This document shows positions 10,901 to 26,644 of a stretch of 64,000 nt of DNA, piece by piece (position 1 is the stretch's first letter; each line of letters starts with the position of its first letter). The stretch comes from Auanema rhodensis. Its lineage: Eukaryota; Animalia; Nematoda. The stretch covers positions 19,406,001 through 19,470,000 of the forward strand of contig OZ059894.1 of assembly GCA_964057225.1 (NCBI GenBank). Reading direction: 5' to 3'. The notes beneath the pieces were generated by a model. That model was not told the DNA's origin, did no database searches, and saw nothing but the letters and a program-made list of their open reading frames with translations. The position numbers and the translations under genes are program-made.

Positions 10901-13900
10901 TTAAGCTAGCGCAAATCTGATAACACAGATCGACGCAGCTTAAAAATCCGCATCGAATGCACTATACTCATTGAAAAACGCTTAATACAAAAATTAGTTA
11001 TGATCGTTCGAAAAATGATGCATTAGTGTATGTTGAGTTTCCATGTACACTCAACATTGCTTCCAAAAACATTTTGACAAAAATTTTTTCGAAAAATTTC
11101 AAAATAATTTAGCAAAAAGTAGATGTTTTTAGATTCCATTTTTTAAGGCAAAGACGATGGACAATGTTATTCAACGAAAAAATTAATTCTTCAGGGTGAA
11201 AATCGAGGATATAAGTGTGAACTTATATCAGTTGATATCTCGGTGCATTTTTAAGCTAGCGCAAATCTGATAACACAGATCGACGCAGCTTAAAAATCCG
11301 CATCGAATGCACTATACTCATTGAAAAACGCTTAATACAAAAATTAGTTATGATCGTTCGAAAAATGATGCATTAGTGTATGTTGAGTTTCCATGTACAC
11401 TCAACATTGCTTCCAAAAACATTTTGACAAAAATTTTTTCGAAAAATTTCAAAATAATTTAGCAAAAAGTAGATGTTTTTAGATTCCATTTTTTAAGGCA
11501 AAGACGATGGACAATGTTATTCAACGAAAAAATTAATTCTTCAGGGTGAAAATCGAGGATATAAGTGTGAACTTATATCAGTTGATATCTCGGTGCATTT
11601 TTAAGCTAGCGCAAATCTGATAACACAGATCGACGCAGCTTAAAAATCCGCATCGAATGCACTATACTACATTGAGAAACGCTTAATACAAAAATTAGTT
11701 ATGATCGTTTGAAAAATGATGCATTAGTGTATGTTGAGTTTCCATGTACACTCAACATTGCTTCCAAAAACATTTTGACAAAAATTTTTTCGAAAAATTT
11801 CAGAATAATTTAGCAAAAAGTAGATGTTTTTAGATTCCATTTTTCAAGGCAAAGACGATGGACAATGTTATTCAACGAAAAAATTAATTCTTCAGGGTGA
11901 AAATCGAGGATATAAGTGTGAACTTATATCAGTTGATATCTCGGTGCATTTTTAAGCTAGCGCAAATCTGATAACACAGATCGACGCAGCTTAAAAATCC
12001 GCATCGAATGCACTATACTCATTGAAAAACGCTTAATACAAAAATTAGTTATGATCGTTCGAAAAATGATGCATTAGTGTATGTTGAGTTTCCATGTACA
12101 CTCAACATTGCTTCCAAAAACATTTTGACAAAAATTTTTTCGAAAAATTTCAAAATAATTTAGCAAAAAGTAGATGTTTTTAGATTCCATTTTTTAAGGC
12201 AAAGACGATGGACAATGTTATTCAACGAAAAAATTAATTCTTCAGGGTGAAAATCGAGGATATAAGTGTGAACTTATATCAGTTGATATCTCGGTGCATT
12301 TTTAAGCTAGCGCAAATCTGATAACACAGATCGACGCAGCTTAAAAATCCGCATCGAATGCACTATACTCATTGAAAAACGCTTAATACAAAAATTAGTT
12401 ATGATCGTTCGAAAAATGATGCATTAGTGTATGTTGAGTTTCCATGTACACTCAACATTGCTTCCAAAAACATTTTGACAAAAATTTTTTCGAAAAATTT
12501 CAAAATAATTTAGCAAAAAGTAGATGTTTTTAGATTCCATTTTTTAAGGCAAAGACGATGGACAATGTTATTCAACGAAAAAATTAATTCTTCAGGGTGA
12601 AAATCGAGGATATAAGTGTGAACTTATATCAGTTGATATCTCGGTGCATTTTTAAGCTAGCGCAAATCTGATAACACAGATCGACGCAGCTTAAAAATCC
12701 GCATCGAATGCACTATACTACATTGAGAAACGCTTAATACAAAAATTAGTTATGATCGTTTGAAAAATGATGCATTAGTGTATGTTGAGTTTCCATGTAC
12801 ACTCAACATTGCTTCCAAAAACATTTTGACAAAAATTTTTTCGAAAAATTTCAGAATAATTTAGCAGAAAGTAGATGTTTTTAGATTCCATTTTTCAAGG
12901 CAAAGACGATGGACAATGTTATTCAACGAAAAAATTAATTCTTCAGGGTGAAAATCGAGGATATAAGTGTGAACTTATATCAGTTGATATCTCGGTGCAT
13001 TTTTAAGCTAGCGCAAATCTGATAACACAGATCGACGCAGCTTAAAAATCCGCATCGAATGCACTATACTCATTGAAAAACGCTTAATACAAAAATTAGT
13101 TATGATCGTTCGAAAAATGATGCATTAGTGTATGTTGAGTTTCCATGTACACTCAACATTGCTTCCAAAAACATTTTGACAAAAATTTTTTCGAAAAATT
13201 TCAAAATAATTTAGCAAAAAGTAGATGTTTTTAGATTCCATTTTTTAAGGCAAAGACGATGGACAATGTTATTCAACGAAAAAATTAATTCTTCAGGGTG
13301 AAAATCGAGGATATAAGTGTGAACTTATATCAGTTGATATCTCGGTGCATTTTTAAGCTAGCGCAAATCTGATAACACAGATCGACGCAGCTTAAAAATC
13401 CGCATCGAATGCACTATACTCATTGAAAAACGCTTAATACAAAAATTAGTTATGATCGTTCGAAAAATGATGCATTAGTGTATGTTGAGTTTCCATGTAC
13501 ACTCAACATTGCTTCCAAAAACATTTTGACAAAAATTTTTTCGAAAAATTTCAAAATAATTTAGCAAAAAGTAGATGTTTTTAGATTCCATTTTTTAAGG
13601 CAAAGACGATGGACAATGTTATTCAACGAAAAAATTAATTCTTCAGGGTGAAAATCGAGGATATAAGTGTGAACTTATATCAGTTGATATCTCGGTGCAT
13701 TTTTAAGCTAGCGCAAATCTGATAACACAGATCGACGCAGCTTAAAAATCCGCATCGAATGCACTATACTACATTGAGAAACGCTTAATACAAAAATTAG
13801 TTATGATCGTTTGAAAAATGATGCATTAGTGTATGTTGAGTTTCCATGTACACTCAACATTGCTTCCAAAAACATTTTGACAAAAATTTTTTCGAAAAAT

Positions 13901-15076
13901 TTCAGAATAATTTAGCAGAAAGTAGATGTTTTTAGATTCCATTTTTCAAGGCAAAGACGATGGACAATGTTATTCAACGAAAAAATTAATTCTTCAGGGT
14001 GAAAATCGAGGATATAAGTGTGAACTTATAACAGTTGATATCTCGGTGCATTTTTAAGCTAGCGCAAATCTGTTAACACAGATCGACGCAGCTTAAAAAT
14101 CCGCATCGAATGCACTATACTACATTGAAAAACGCTTAATACAAAAATTAGTTATGATCGTTCGAAAAATGATGCATTAGTGTATGTTGAGTTTCCATGT
14201 ACACTCAACATTGCTTCCAAAAACATTTTGACAAAAATTTTTTCGAAAAATTTCAAAATAATTTAGCAAAAAGTAGATGTTTTTAGATTCCATTTTTTAA
14301 GGCAAAGACGATGGACAATGTTATTCAACGAAAAAATTAATTCTTCAGGGTGAAAATCGAGGATATAAGTGTGAACTTATATCAGTTGATATCTCGGTGC
14401 ATTTTTAAGCTAGCGCAAATCTGATAACACAGATCGACGCAACTTAAAAATCCGCATCGAATGCACTATACTCATTGAAAAACGCTTAATACAAAAATTA
14501 GTTATGATCGTTCGAAAAATGATGCATTAGTGTATGTTGAGTTTCCATGTACACTCAACATTGCTTCCAAAAACATTTTGACAAAAATTTTTTCGAAAAA
14601 TTTCAAAATAATTTAGCAAAAAGTAGATGTTTTTAGATTCCATTTTTTAAGGCAAAGACGATGGACAATGTTATTCAACGAAAAAATTAATTCTTCAGGG
14701 TGAAAATCGAGGATATAAGTGTGAACTTATATCAGTTGATATCTCGGTGCATTTTTAAGCTAGCGCAAATCTGATAACACAGATCGACGCAGCTTAAAAA
14801 TCCGCATCGAATGCACTATACTCATTGAAAAACGCTTAATACAAAAATTAGTTATGATCGTTCGAAAAATGATGCATTAGTGTATGTTGAGTTTCCATGT
14901 ACACTCAACATTGCTTCCAAAAACATTTTGACAAAAATTTTTTCGAAAAATTTCAAAATAATTTAGCAAAAAGTAGATGTTTTTAGATTCCATTTTTTAA
15001 GGCAAAGACGATGGACAATGTTATTCAACGAAAAAATTAATTCTTCAGGGTGAAAATCGAGGATATAAGTGTGAAC
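4912..15076. repeat. Copy 1 of a 10,165-bp (29-monomer) tandem segmental duplication within the array
   Basis: Rare markers recur exactly 10,165 bp downstream: gatatac (5196/15361), ggacatt (~5905/~16070), and the monomer carrying ttataacag plus ctgttaac (14026/24191). The order of monomer haplotypes is also the same. Confidence 0.92.
10522..14025. repeat. Local 3-mer HOR (351+350+350 = 1051 bp), duplicated at 20687-24190
   Basis: A Y-type monomer (+A, gagaaa, cgtttg, cagaat, ttcaagg) occurs at 10522, 11573, 12624 and 13675. The first three are each followed by two X-type monomers (-A, gaaaaa, cgttcg, caaaat, tttaagg). Confidence 0.88.
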
Positions 15077-18000
15077 TTATATCAGTTGATATCTCGGTGC
15101 ATTTTTAAGCTAGCGCAAATCTGATAACACAGATCGACGCAGCTTAAAAATCCGCATCGAATGCACTATACTACATTGAGAAACGCTTAATACAAAAATT
15201 AGTTATGATCGTTTGAAAAATGATGCATTAGTGTATGTTGAGTTTCCATGTACACTCAACATTGCTTCCAAAAACATTTTGACAAAAATTTTTTCGAAAA
15301 ATTTCAGAATAATTTAGCAAAAAGTAGATGTTTTTAGATTCCATTTTTCAAGGCAAAGACGATATACAATGTTATTCAACGAAAAAATTAATTCTTCAGG
15401 GTGAAAATCGAGGATATAAGTGTGAACTTATATCAGTTGATATCTCGGTGCATTTTTAAGCTAGCGCAAATCTGATAACACAGATCGACGCAGCTTAAAA
15501 ATCCGCATCGAATGCACTATACTCATTGAAAAACGCTTAATACAAAAATTAGTTATGATCGTTCGAAAAATGATGCATTAGTGTATGTTGAGTTTCCATG
15601 TACACTCAACATTGCTTCCAAAAACATTTTGACAAAAATTTTTTCGAAAAATTTCAAAATAATTTAGCAAAAAGTAGATGTTTTTAGATTCCATTTTTTA
15701 AGGCAAAGACGATGGACAATGTTATTCAACGAAAAAATTAATTCTTCAGGGTGAAAATCGAGGATATAAGTGTGAACTTATATCAGTTGATATCTCGGTG
15801 CATTTTTAAGCTAGCGCAAATCTGATAACACAGATCGACGCAGCTTAAAAATCCGCATCGAATGCACTATACTACATTGAGAAACGCTTAATACAAAAAT
15901 TAGTTATGATCGTTTGAAAAATGATGCATTAGTGTATGTTGAGTTTCCATGTACACTCAACATCGCTTCCAAAAACATTTTGACAAAAATTTTTTCGAAA
16001 AATTTCAGAATAATTTAGCAAAAAGTAGATGTTTTTAGATTCCATTTTTCAAGGCAAAGACGATGGACATTGTTATTCAACGAAAAAATTAATTCTTCAG
16101 GGTGAAAATCGAGGATATAAGTGTGAACTTATATCAGTTGATATCTCGGTGCATTTTTAAGCTAGCGCAAATCTGATAACACAGATCGACGCAGCTTAAA
16201 AATCCGCATCGAATGCACTATACTACATTGAGAAACGCTTAATACAAAAATTAGTTATGATCGTTTGAAAAATGATGCATTAGTGTATGTTGAGTTTCCA
16301 TGTACACTCAACATCGCTTCCAAAAACATTTTGACAAAAATTTTTTCGAAAAATTTCAGAATAATTTAGCAAAAAGTAGATGTTTTTAGATTCCATTTTT
16401 CAAGGCAAAGACGATGGACAATGTTATTCAACGAAAAAATTAATTCTTCAGGGTGAAAATCGAGGATATAAGTGTGAACTTATATCAGTTGATATCTCGG
16501 TGCATTTTTAAGCTAGCGCAAATCTGATAACACAGATCGACGCAGCTTAAAAATCCGCATCGAATGCACTATACTCATTGAAAAACGCTTAATACAAAAA
16601 TTAGTTATGATCGTTCGAAAAATGATGCATTAGTGTATGTTGAGTTTCCATGTACACTCAACATTGCTTCCAAAAACATTTTGACAAAAATTTTTTCGAA
16701 AAATTTCAGAATAATTTAGCAAAAAGTAGATGTTTTTAGATTCCTTTTTTCAAGGCAAAGACGATGGTCAATGTTATTCAACGAAAAAATCAATTCTTCA
16801 GGGTGAAAATCGAGGATATAAGTGTGAACTTATATCATTTGATATCTCGATGCATTTTTAAGCTAGCGCAAATCTGATAACACAGATCGACGCAGCTTAA
16901 AAATCCGCATCGAATGCACTATACTACATTGAGAAACGCTTAATACAAAAATTAGTTATGATCGTTCGAAAAATGATGCATTAGTGTATGTTGAGTTTCC
17001 ATGTACACTCAACATTGCTTCCAAAAACATTTTGACAAAAATTTTTTCGAAAAATTTCAAAATAATTTAGCAAAAAGTAGATGTTTTTAGATTCCATTTT
17101 TTAAGGCAAAGACGATGGACAATGTTATTCAACGAAAAAATTAATTCTTCAGGGTGAAAATCGAGGATATAAGTGTGAACTTATATCATTTGATATCTCG
17201 GTGCATTTTTAAGCTAGCGCAAATCTGATAACACAGATCGACGCAGCTTAAAAATCCGCATCGAATGCACTATACTACATTGAGAAACGCTTAATACAAA
17301 AATTAGTTATGATCGTTCGAAAAATGATGCATTAGTGTATGTTGAGTTTCCATGTACACTCAACATTGCTTCCAAAAACATTTTGACAAAAATTTTTTCG
17401 AAAAATTTCAAAATAATTTAGCAAAAAGTAGATGTTTTTAGATTCCATTTTTCAAGGCAAAGACGATGGACAATGTTATTCAACGAAAAAATTAATTCTT
17501 CAGGGTGAAAATCGAGGATATAAGTGTGAACTTATATCAGTTGATATCTCGGTGCATTTTTAAGCTAGCGCAAATCTGATAACACAGATCGACGCAGCTT
17601 AAAAATCCGCATCGAATGCACTATACTACATTGAGAAACGCTTAATAAAAAAATTAGTTATGATCGTTTGAAAAATGATGCATTAGTGTATGTTGAGTTT
17701 CCATGTACACTCAACATCGCTTCCAAAAACATTTTGACAAAAATTTTTTCGAAAAATTTCAGAATAATTTAGCAAAAAGTAGATGTTTTTAGATTCCATT
17801 TTTCAAGGCAAAGACGATGGACATTGTTATTCAACGAAAAAATTAATTCTTCAGGGTGAAAATCGAGGATATAAGTGTGAACTTATATCAGTTGATATCT
17901 CGGTGCATTTTTAAGCTAGCGCAAATCTGATAACACAGATCGACGCAGCTTAAAAATCCGCATCGAATGCACTATACTCATTGAAAAACGCTTAATACAA

Positions 18001-21000
18001 AAATTAGTTATGATCGTTCGAAAAATGATGCATTAGTGTATGTTGAGTTTCCATGTACACTCAACATTGCTTCCAAAAACATTTTGACAAAAATTTTTTC
18101 GAAAAATTTCAGAATAATTTAGCAAAAAGTAGATGTTTTTAGATTCCTTTTTTCAAGGCAAAGACGATGGTCAATGTTATTCAACGAAAAAATCAATTCT
18201 TCAGGGTGAAAATCGAGGATATAAGTGTGAACTTATATCATTTGATATCTCGATGCATTTTTAAGCTAGCGCAAATCTGATAACACAGATCGACGCAGCT
18301 TAAAAATCCGCATCGAATGCACTATACTACATTGAGAAACGCTTAATACAAAAATTAGTTATGATCGTTCGAAAAATGATGCATTAGTGTATGTTGAGTT
18401 TCCATGTACACTCAACATTGCTTCCAAAAACATTTTGACAAAAATTTTTTCGAAAAATTTCAAAATAATTTAGCAAAAAGTAGATGTTTTTAGATTCCAT
18501 TTTTCAAGGCAAAGACGATGGACAATGTTATTCAACGAAAAAATTAATTCTTCAGGGTGAAAATCGAGGATATAAGTGTGAACTTATATCAGTTGATATC
18601 TCGGTGCATTTTTAAGCTAGCGCAAATCTGATAACACAGATCGACGCAGCTTAAAAATCCGCATCGAATGCACTATACTACATTGAAAAACGCTTAATAC
18701 AAAAATTAGTTATGATCGTTCGAAAAATGATGCATTAGTGTATGTTGAGTTTCCATGTACACTCAACATTGCTTCCAAAAACATTTTGACAAAAATTTTT
18801 TCGAAAAATTTCAGAATAATTTAGCAAAAAGTAGATGTTTTTAGATTCCTTTTTTCAAGGCAAAGACGATGGTCAATGTTATTCAACGAAAAAATCAATT
18901 CTTCAGGGTGAAAATCGAGGATATAAGTGTGAACTTATATCAGTTGATATCTCGGTGCATTTTTAAGCTAGCGCAAATCTGATAACACAGATCGACGCAG
19001 CTTAAAAATCCGCATCGAATGCACTATACTACATTGAGAAACGCTTAATACAAAAATTAGTTATGATCGTTTGAAAAATGATGCATTAGTGTATGTTGAG
19101 TTTCCATGTACACTCAACATTGCTTCCAAAAACATTTTGACAAAAATTTTTTCGAAAAATTTCAAAATAATTTAGCAAAAAGTAGATGTTTTTAGATTCC
19201 ATTTTTCAAGGCAAAGACGATGGACAATGTTATTCAACGAAAAAATTAATTCTTCAGGGTGAAAATCGAGGATATAAGTGTGAACTTATATCAGTTGATA
19301 TCTCGGTGCATTTTTAAGCTAGCGCAAATCTGATAACACAGATCGACGCAGCTTAAAAATCCGCATCGAATGCACTATACTCATTGAAAAACGCTTAATA
19401 CAAAAATTAGTTATGATCGTTCGAAAAATGATGCATTAGTGTATGTTGAGTTTCCATGTACACTCAACATTGCTTCCAAAAACATTTTGACAAAAATTTT
19501 TTCGAAAAATTTCAAAATAATTTAGCAAAAAGTAGATGTTTTTAGATTCCATTTTTTAAGGCAAAGACGATGGACAATGTTATTCAACGAAAAAATTAAT
19601 TCTTCAGGGTGAAAATCGAGGATATAAGTGTGAACTTATATCAGTTGATATCTCGGTGCATTTTTAAGCTAGCGCAAATCTGATAACACAGATCGACGCA
19701 GCTTAAAAATCCGCATCGAATGCACTATACTCATTGAAAAACGCTTAATACAAAAATTAGTTATGATCGTTCGAAAAATGATGCATTAGTGTATGTTGAG
19801 TTTCCATGTACACTCAACATTGCTTCCAAAAACATTTTGACAAAAATTTTTTCGAAAAATTTCAAAATAATTTAGCAAAAAGTAGATGTTTTTAGATTCC
19901 ATTTTTTAAGGCAAAGACGATGGACAATGTTATTCAACGAAAAAATTAATTCTTCAGGGTGAAAATCGAGGATATAAGTGTGAACTTATATCAGTTGATA
20001 TCTCGGTGCATTTTTAAGCTAGCGCAAATCTGATAACACAGATCGACGCAGCTTAAAAATCCGCATCGAATGCACTATACTACATTGAGAAACGCTTAAT
20101 ACAAAAATTAGTTATGATCGTTTGAAAAATGATGCATTAGTGTATGTTGAGTTTCCATGTACACTCAACATTGCTTCCAAAAACATTTTGACAAAAATTT
20201 TTTCGAAAAATTTCAGAATAATTTAGCAGAAAGTAGATGTTTTTAGATTCCATTTTTCAAGGCAAAGACGATGGACAATGTTATTCAACGAAAAAATTAA
20301 TTCTTCAGGGTGAAAATCGAGGATATAAGTGTGAACTTATATCAGTTGATATCTCGGTGCATTTTTAAGCTAGCGCAAATCTGATAACACAGATCGACGC
20401 AGCTTAAAAATCCGCATCGAATGCACTATACTCATTGAAAAACGCTTAATACAAAAATTAGTTATGATCGTTCGAAAAATGATGCATTAGTGTATGTTGA
20501 GTTTCCATGTACACTCAACATTGCTTCCAAAAACATTTTGACAAAAATTTTTTCGAAAAATTTCAGAATAATTTAGCAAAAAGTAGATGTTTTTAGATTC
20601 CTTTTTTCAAGGCAAAGACGATGGTCAATGTTATTCAACGAAAAAATCAATTCTTCAGGGTGAAAATCGAGGATATAAGTGTGAACTTATATCAGTTGAT
20701 ATCTCGGTGCATTTTTAAGCTAGCGCAAATCTGATAACACAGATCGACGCAGCTTAAAAATCCGCATCGAATGCACTATACTACATTGAGAAACGCTTAA
20801 TACAAAAATTAGTTATGATCGTTTGAAAAATGATGCATTAGTGTATGTTGAGTTTCCATGTACACTCAACATTGCTTCCAAAAACATTTTGACAAAAATT
20901 TTTTCGAAAAATTTCAGAATAATTTAGCAAAAAGTAGATGTTTTTAGATTCCATTTTTCAAGGCAAAGACGATGGACAATGTTATTCAACGAAAAAATTA

Positions 21001-24000
21001 ATTCTTCAGGGTGAAAATCGAGGATATAAGTGTGAACTTATATCAGTTGATATCTCGGTGCATTTTTAAGCTAGCGCAAATCTGATAACACAGATCGACG
21101 CAGCTTAAAAATCCGCATCGAATGCACTATACTCATTGAAAAACGCTTAATACAAAAATTAGTTATGATCGTTCGAAAAATGATGCATTAGTGTATGTTG
21201 AGTTTCCATGTACACTCAACATTGCTTCCAAAAACATTTTGACAAAAATTTTTTCGAAAAATTTCAAAATAATTTAGCAAAAAGTAGATGTTTTTAGATT
21301 CCATTTTTTAAGGCAAAGACGATGGACAATGTTATTCAACGAAAAAATTAATTCTTCAGGGTGAAAATCGAGGATATAAGTGTGAACTTATATCAGTTGA
21401 TATCTCGGTGCATTTTTAAGCTAGCGCAAATCTGATAACACAGATCGACGCAGCTTAAAAATCCGCATCGAATGCACTATACTCATTGAAAAACGCTTAA
21501 TACAAAAATTAGTTATGATCGTTCGAAAAATGATGCATTAGTGTATGTTGAGTTTCCATGTACACTCAACATTGCTTCCAAAAACATTTTGACAAAAATT
21601 TTTTCGAAAAATTTCAAAATAATTTAGCAAAAAGTAGATGTTTTTAGATTCCATTTTTTAAGGCAAAGACGATGGACAATGTTATTCAACGAAAAAATTA
21701 ATTCTTCAGGGTGAAAATCGAGGATATAAGTGTGAACTTATATCAGTTGATATCTCGGTGCATTTTTAAGCTAGCGCAAATCTGATAACACAGATCGACG
21801 CAGCTTAAAAATCCGCATCGAATGCACTATACTACATTGAGAAACGCTTAATACAAAAATTAGTTATGATCGTTTGAAAAATGATGCATTAGTGTATGTT
21901 GAGTTTCCATGTACACTCAACATTGCTTCCAAAAACATTTTGACAAAAATTTTTTCGAAAAATTTCAGAATAATTTAGCAAAAAGTAGATGTTTTTAGAT
22001 TCCATTTTTCAAGGCAAAGACGATGGACAATGTTATTCAACGAAAAAATTAATTCTTCAGGGTGAAAATCGAGGATATAAGTGTGAACTTATATCAGTTG
22101 ATATCTCGGTGCATTTTTAAGCTAGCGCAAATCTGATAACACAGATCGACGCAGCTTAAAAATCCGCATCGAATGCACTATACTCATTGAAAAACGCTTA
22201 ATACAAAAATTAGTTATGATCGTTCGAAAAATGATGCATTAGTGTATGTTGAGTTTCCATGTACACTCAACATTGCTTCCAAAAACATTTTGACAAAAAT
22301 TTTTTCGAAAAATTTCAAAATAATTTAGCAAAAAGTAGATGTTTTTAGATTCCATTTTTTAAGGCAAAGACGATGGACAATGTTATTCAACGAAAAAATT
22401 AATTCTTCAGGGTGAAAATCGAGGATATAAGTGTGAACTTATATCAGTTGATATCTCGGTGCATTTTTAAGCTAGCGCAAATCTGATAACACAGATCGAC
22501 GCAGCTTAAAAATCCGCATCGAATGCACTATACTCATTGAAAAACGCTTAATACAAAAATTAGTTATGATCGTTCGAAAAATGATGCATTAGTGTATGTT
22601 GAGTTTCCATGTACACTCAACATTGCTTCCAAAAACATTTTGACAAAAATTTTTTCGAAAAATTTCAAAATAATTTAGCAAAAAGTAGATGTTTTTAGAT
22701 TCCATTTTTTAAGGCAAAGACGATGGACAATGTTATTCAACGAAAAAATTAATTCTTCAGGGTGAAAATCGAGGATATAAGTGTGAACTTATATCAGTTG
22801 ATATCTCGGTGCATTTTTAAGCTAGCGCAAATCTGATAACACAGATCGACGCAGCTTAAAAATCCGCATCGAATGCACTATACTACATTGAGAAACGCTT
22901 AATACAAAAATTAGTTATGATCGTTTGAAAAATGATGCATTAGTGTATGTTGAGTTTCCATGTACACTCAACATTGCTTCCAAAAACATTTTGACAAAAA
23001 TTTTTTCGAAAAATTTCAGAATAATTTAGCAGAAAGTAGATGTTTTTAGATTCCATTTTTCAAGGCAAAGACGATGGACAATGTTATTCAACGAAAAAAT
23101 TAATTCTTCAGGGTGAAAATCGAGGATATAAGTGTGAACTTATATCAGTTGATATCTCGGTGCATTTTTAAGCTAGCGCAAATCTGATAACACAGATCGA
23201 CGCAGCTTAAAAATCCGCATCGAATGCACTATACTCATTGAAAAACGCTTAATACAAAAATTAGTTATGATCGTTCGAAAAATGATGCATTAGTGTATGT
23301 TGAGTTTCCATGTACACTCAACATTGCTTCCAAAAACATTTTGACAAAAATTTTTTCGAAAAATTTCAAAATAATTTAGCAAAAAGTAGATGTTTTTAGA
23401 TTCCATTTTTTAAGGCAAAGACGATGGACAATGTTATTCAACGAAAAAATTAATTCTTCAGGGTGAAAATCGAGGATATAAGTGTGAACTTATATCAGTT
23501 GATATCTCGGTGCATTTTTAAGCTAGCGCAAATCTGATAACACAGATCGACGCAGCTTAAAAATCCGCATCGAATGCACTATACTCATTGAAAAACGCTT
23601 AATACAAAAATTAGTTATGATCGTTCGAAAAATGATGCATTAGTGTATGTTGAGTTTCCATGTACACTCAACATTGCTTCCAAAAACATTTTGACAAAAA
23701 TTTTTTCGAAAAATTTCAAAATAATTTAGCAAAAAGTAGATGTTTTTAGATTCCATTTTTTAAGGCAAAGACGATGGACAATGTTATTCAACGAAAAAAT
23801 TAATTCTTCAGGGTGAAAATCGAGGATATAAGTGTGAACTTATATCAGTTGATATCTCGGTGCATTTTTAAGCTAGCGCAAATCTGATAACACAGATCGA
23901 CGCAGCTTAAAAATCCGCATCGAATGCACTATACTACATTGAGAAACGCTTAATACAAAAATTAGTTATGATCGTTTGAAAAATGATGCATTAGTGTATG

Positions 24001-25241
24001 TTGAGTTTCCATGTACACTCAACATTGCTTCCAAAAACATTTTGACAAAAATTTTTTCGAAAAATTTCAGAATAATTTAGCAGAAAGTAGATGTTTTTAG
24101 ATTCCATTTTTCAAGGCAAAGACGATGGACAATGTTATTCAACGAAAAAATTAATTCTTCAGGGTGAAAATCGAGGATATAAGTGTGAACTTATAACAGT
24201 TGATATCTCGGTGCATTTTTAAGCTAGCGCAAATCTGTTAACACAGATCGACGCAGCTTAAAAATCCGCATCGAATGCACTATACTACATTGAAAAACGC
24301 TTAATACAAAAATTAGTTATGATCGTTCGAAAAATGATGCATTAGTGTATGTTGAGTTTCCATGTACACTCAACATTGCTTCCAAAAACATTTTGACAAA
24401 AATTTTTTCGAAAAATTTCAAAATAATTTAGCAAAAAGTAGATGTTTTTAGATTCCATTTTTTAAGGCAAAGACGATGGACAATGTTATTCAACGAAAAA
24501 ATTAATTCTTCAGGGTGAAAATCGAGGATATAAGTGTGAACTTATATCAGTTGATATCTCGGTGCATTTTTAAGCTAGCGCAAATCTGATAACACAGATC
24601 GACGCAGCTTAAAAATCCGCATCGAATGCACTATACTCATTGAAAAACGCTTAATACAAAAATTAGTTATGATCGTTCGAAAAATGATGCATTAGTGTAT
24701 GTTGAGTTTCCATGTACACTCAACATTGCTTCCAAAAACATTTTGACAAAAATTTTTTCGAAAAATTTCAAAATAATTTAGCAAAAAGTAGATGTTTTTA
24801 GATTCCATTTTTTAAGGCAAAGACGATGGACAATGTTATTCAACGAAAAAATTAATTCTTCAGGGTGAAAATCGAGGATATAAGTGTGAACTTATATCAG
24901 TTGATATCTCGGTGCATTTTTAAGCTAGCGCAAATCTGATAACACAGATCGACGCAGCTTAAAAATCCGCATCGAATGCACTATACTCATTGAAAAACGC
25001 TTAATACAAAAATTAGTTATGATCGTTCGAAAAATGATGCATTAGTGTATGTTGAGTTTCCATGTACACTCAACATTGCTTCCAAAAACATTTTGACAAA
25101 AATTTTTTCGAAAAATTTCAAAATAATTTAGCAAAAAGTAGATGTTTTTAGATTCCATTTTTTAAGGCAAAGACGATGGACAATGTTATTCAACGAAAAA
25201 ATTAATTCTTCAGGGTGAAAATCGAGGATATAAGTGTGAAC
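15077..25241. repeat. Copy 2 of the 10,165-bp (29-monomer) tandem duplication
   Basis: Same marker order as 4912-15076. Correspondence ends at the monomer starting 25242, which differs from the one at 15077. Confidence 0.92.
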
Positions 25242-26644
25242 TTATATCAGTTGATATCTCGGTGCATTTTTAAGCTAGCGCAAATCTGATAACACAGATC
25301 GACGCAGCTTAAAAATCCGCATCGAATGCACTATACTACATTGAAAAACGCTTAATACAAAAATTAGTTATGATCGTTCGAAAAATGATGCATTAGTGTA
25401 TGTTGAGTTTCCATGTACACTCAACATTGCTTCCAAAAACATTTTGACAAAAATTTTTTCGAAAAATTTCAAAATAATTTAGCAAAAAGTAGATGTTTTT
25501 AGATTCCATTTTTTAAGGCAAAGACGATGGACAATGTTATTCAACGAAAAAATTAATTCTTCAGGGTGAAAATCGAGGATATAAGTGTGAACTTATATCA
25601 GTTGATATCTCGGTGCATTTTTAAGCTAGCGCAAATCTGATAACACAGATCGACGCAGCTTAAAAATCCGCATCGAATGCACTATACTCATTGAAAAACG
25701 CTTAATACAAAAATTAGTTATGATCGTTCGAAAAATGATGCATTAGTGTATGTTGAGTTTCCATGTACACTCAACATTGCTTCCAAAAACATTTTGACAA
25801 AAATTTTTTCGAAAAATTTCAAAATAATTTAGCAAAAAGTAGATGTTTTTAGATTCCATTTTTTAAGGCAAAGACGATGGACAATGTTATTCAACGAAAA
25901 AATTAATTCTTCAGGGTGAAAATCGAGGATATAAGTGTGAACTTATATCAGTTGATATCTCGGTGCATTTTTAAGCTAGCGCAAATCTGATAACACAGAT
26001 CGACGCAGCTTAAAAATCCGCATCGAATGCACTATACTACATTGAGAAACGCTTAATACAAAAATTAGTTATGATCGTTTGAAAAATGATGCATTAGTGT
26101 ATGTTGAGTTTCCATGTACACTCAACATTGCTTCCAAAAACATTTTGACAAAAATTTTTTCGAAAAATTTCAGAATAATTTAGCAGAAAGTAGATGTTTT
26201 TAGATTCCATTTTTCAAGGCAAAGACGATGGACAATGTTATTCAACGAAAAAATTAATTCTTCAGGGTGAAAATCGAGGATATAAGTGTGAACTTATATC
26301 AGTTGATATCTCGGTGCATTTTTAAGCTAGCGCAAATCTGATAACACAGATCGACGCAGCTTAAAAATCCGCATCGAATGCACTATACTACATTGAAAAA
26401 CGCTTAATACAAAAATTAGTTATGATCGTTCGAAAAATGATGCATTAGTGTATGTTGAGTTTCCATGTACACTCAACATTGCTTCCAAAAACATTTTGAC
26501 AAAAATTTTTTCGAAAAATTTCAGAATAATTTAGCAAAAAGTAGATGTTTTTAGATTCCTTTTTTCAAGGCAAAGACGATGGTCAATGTTATTCAACGAA
26601 AAAATCAATTCTTCAGGGTGAAAATCGAGGATATAAGTGTGAAC

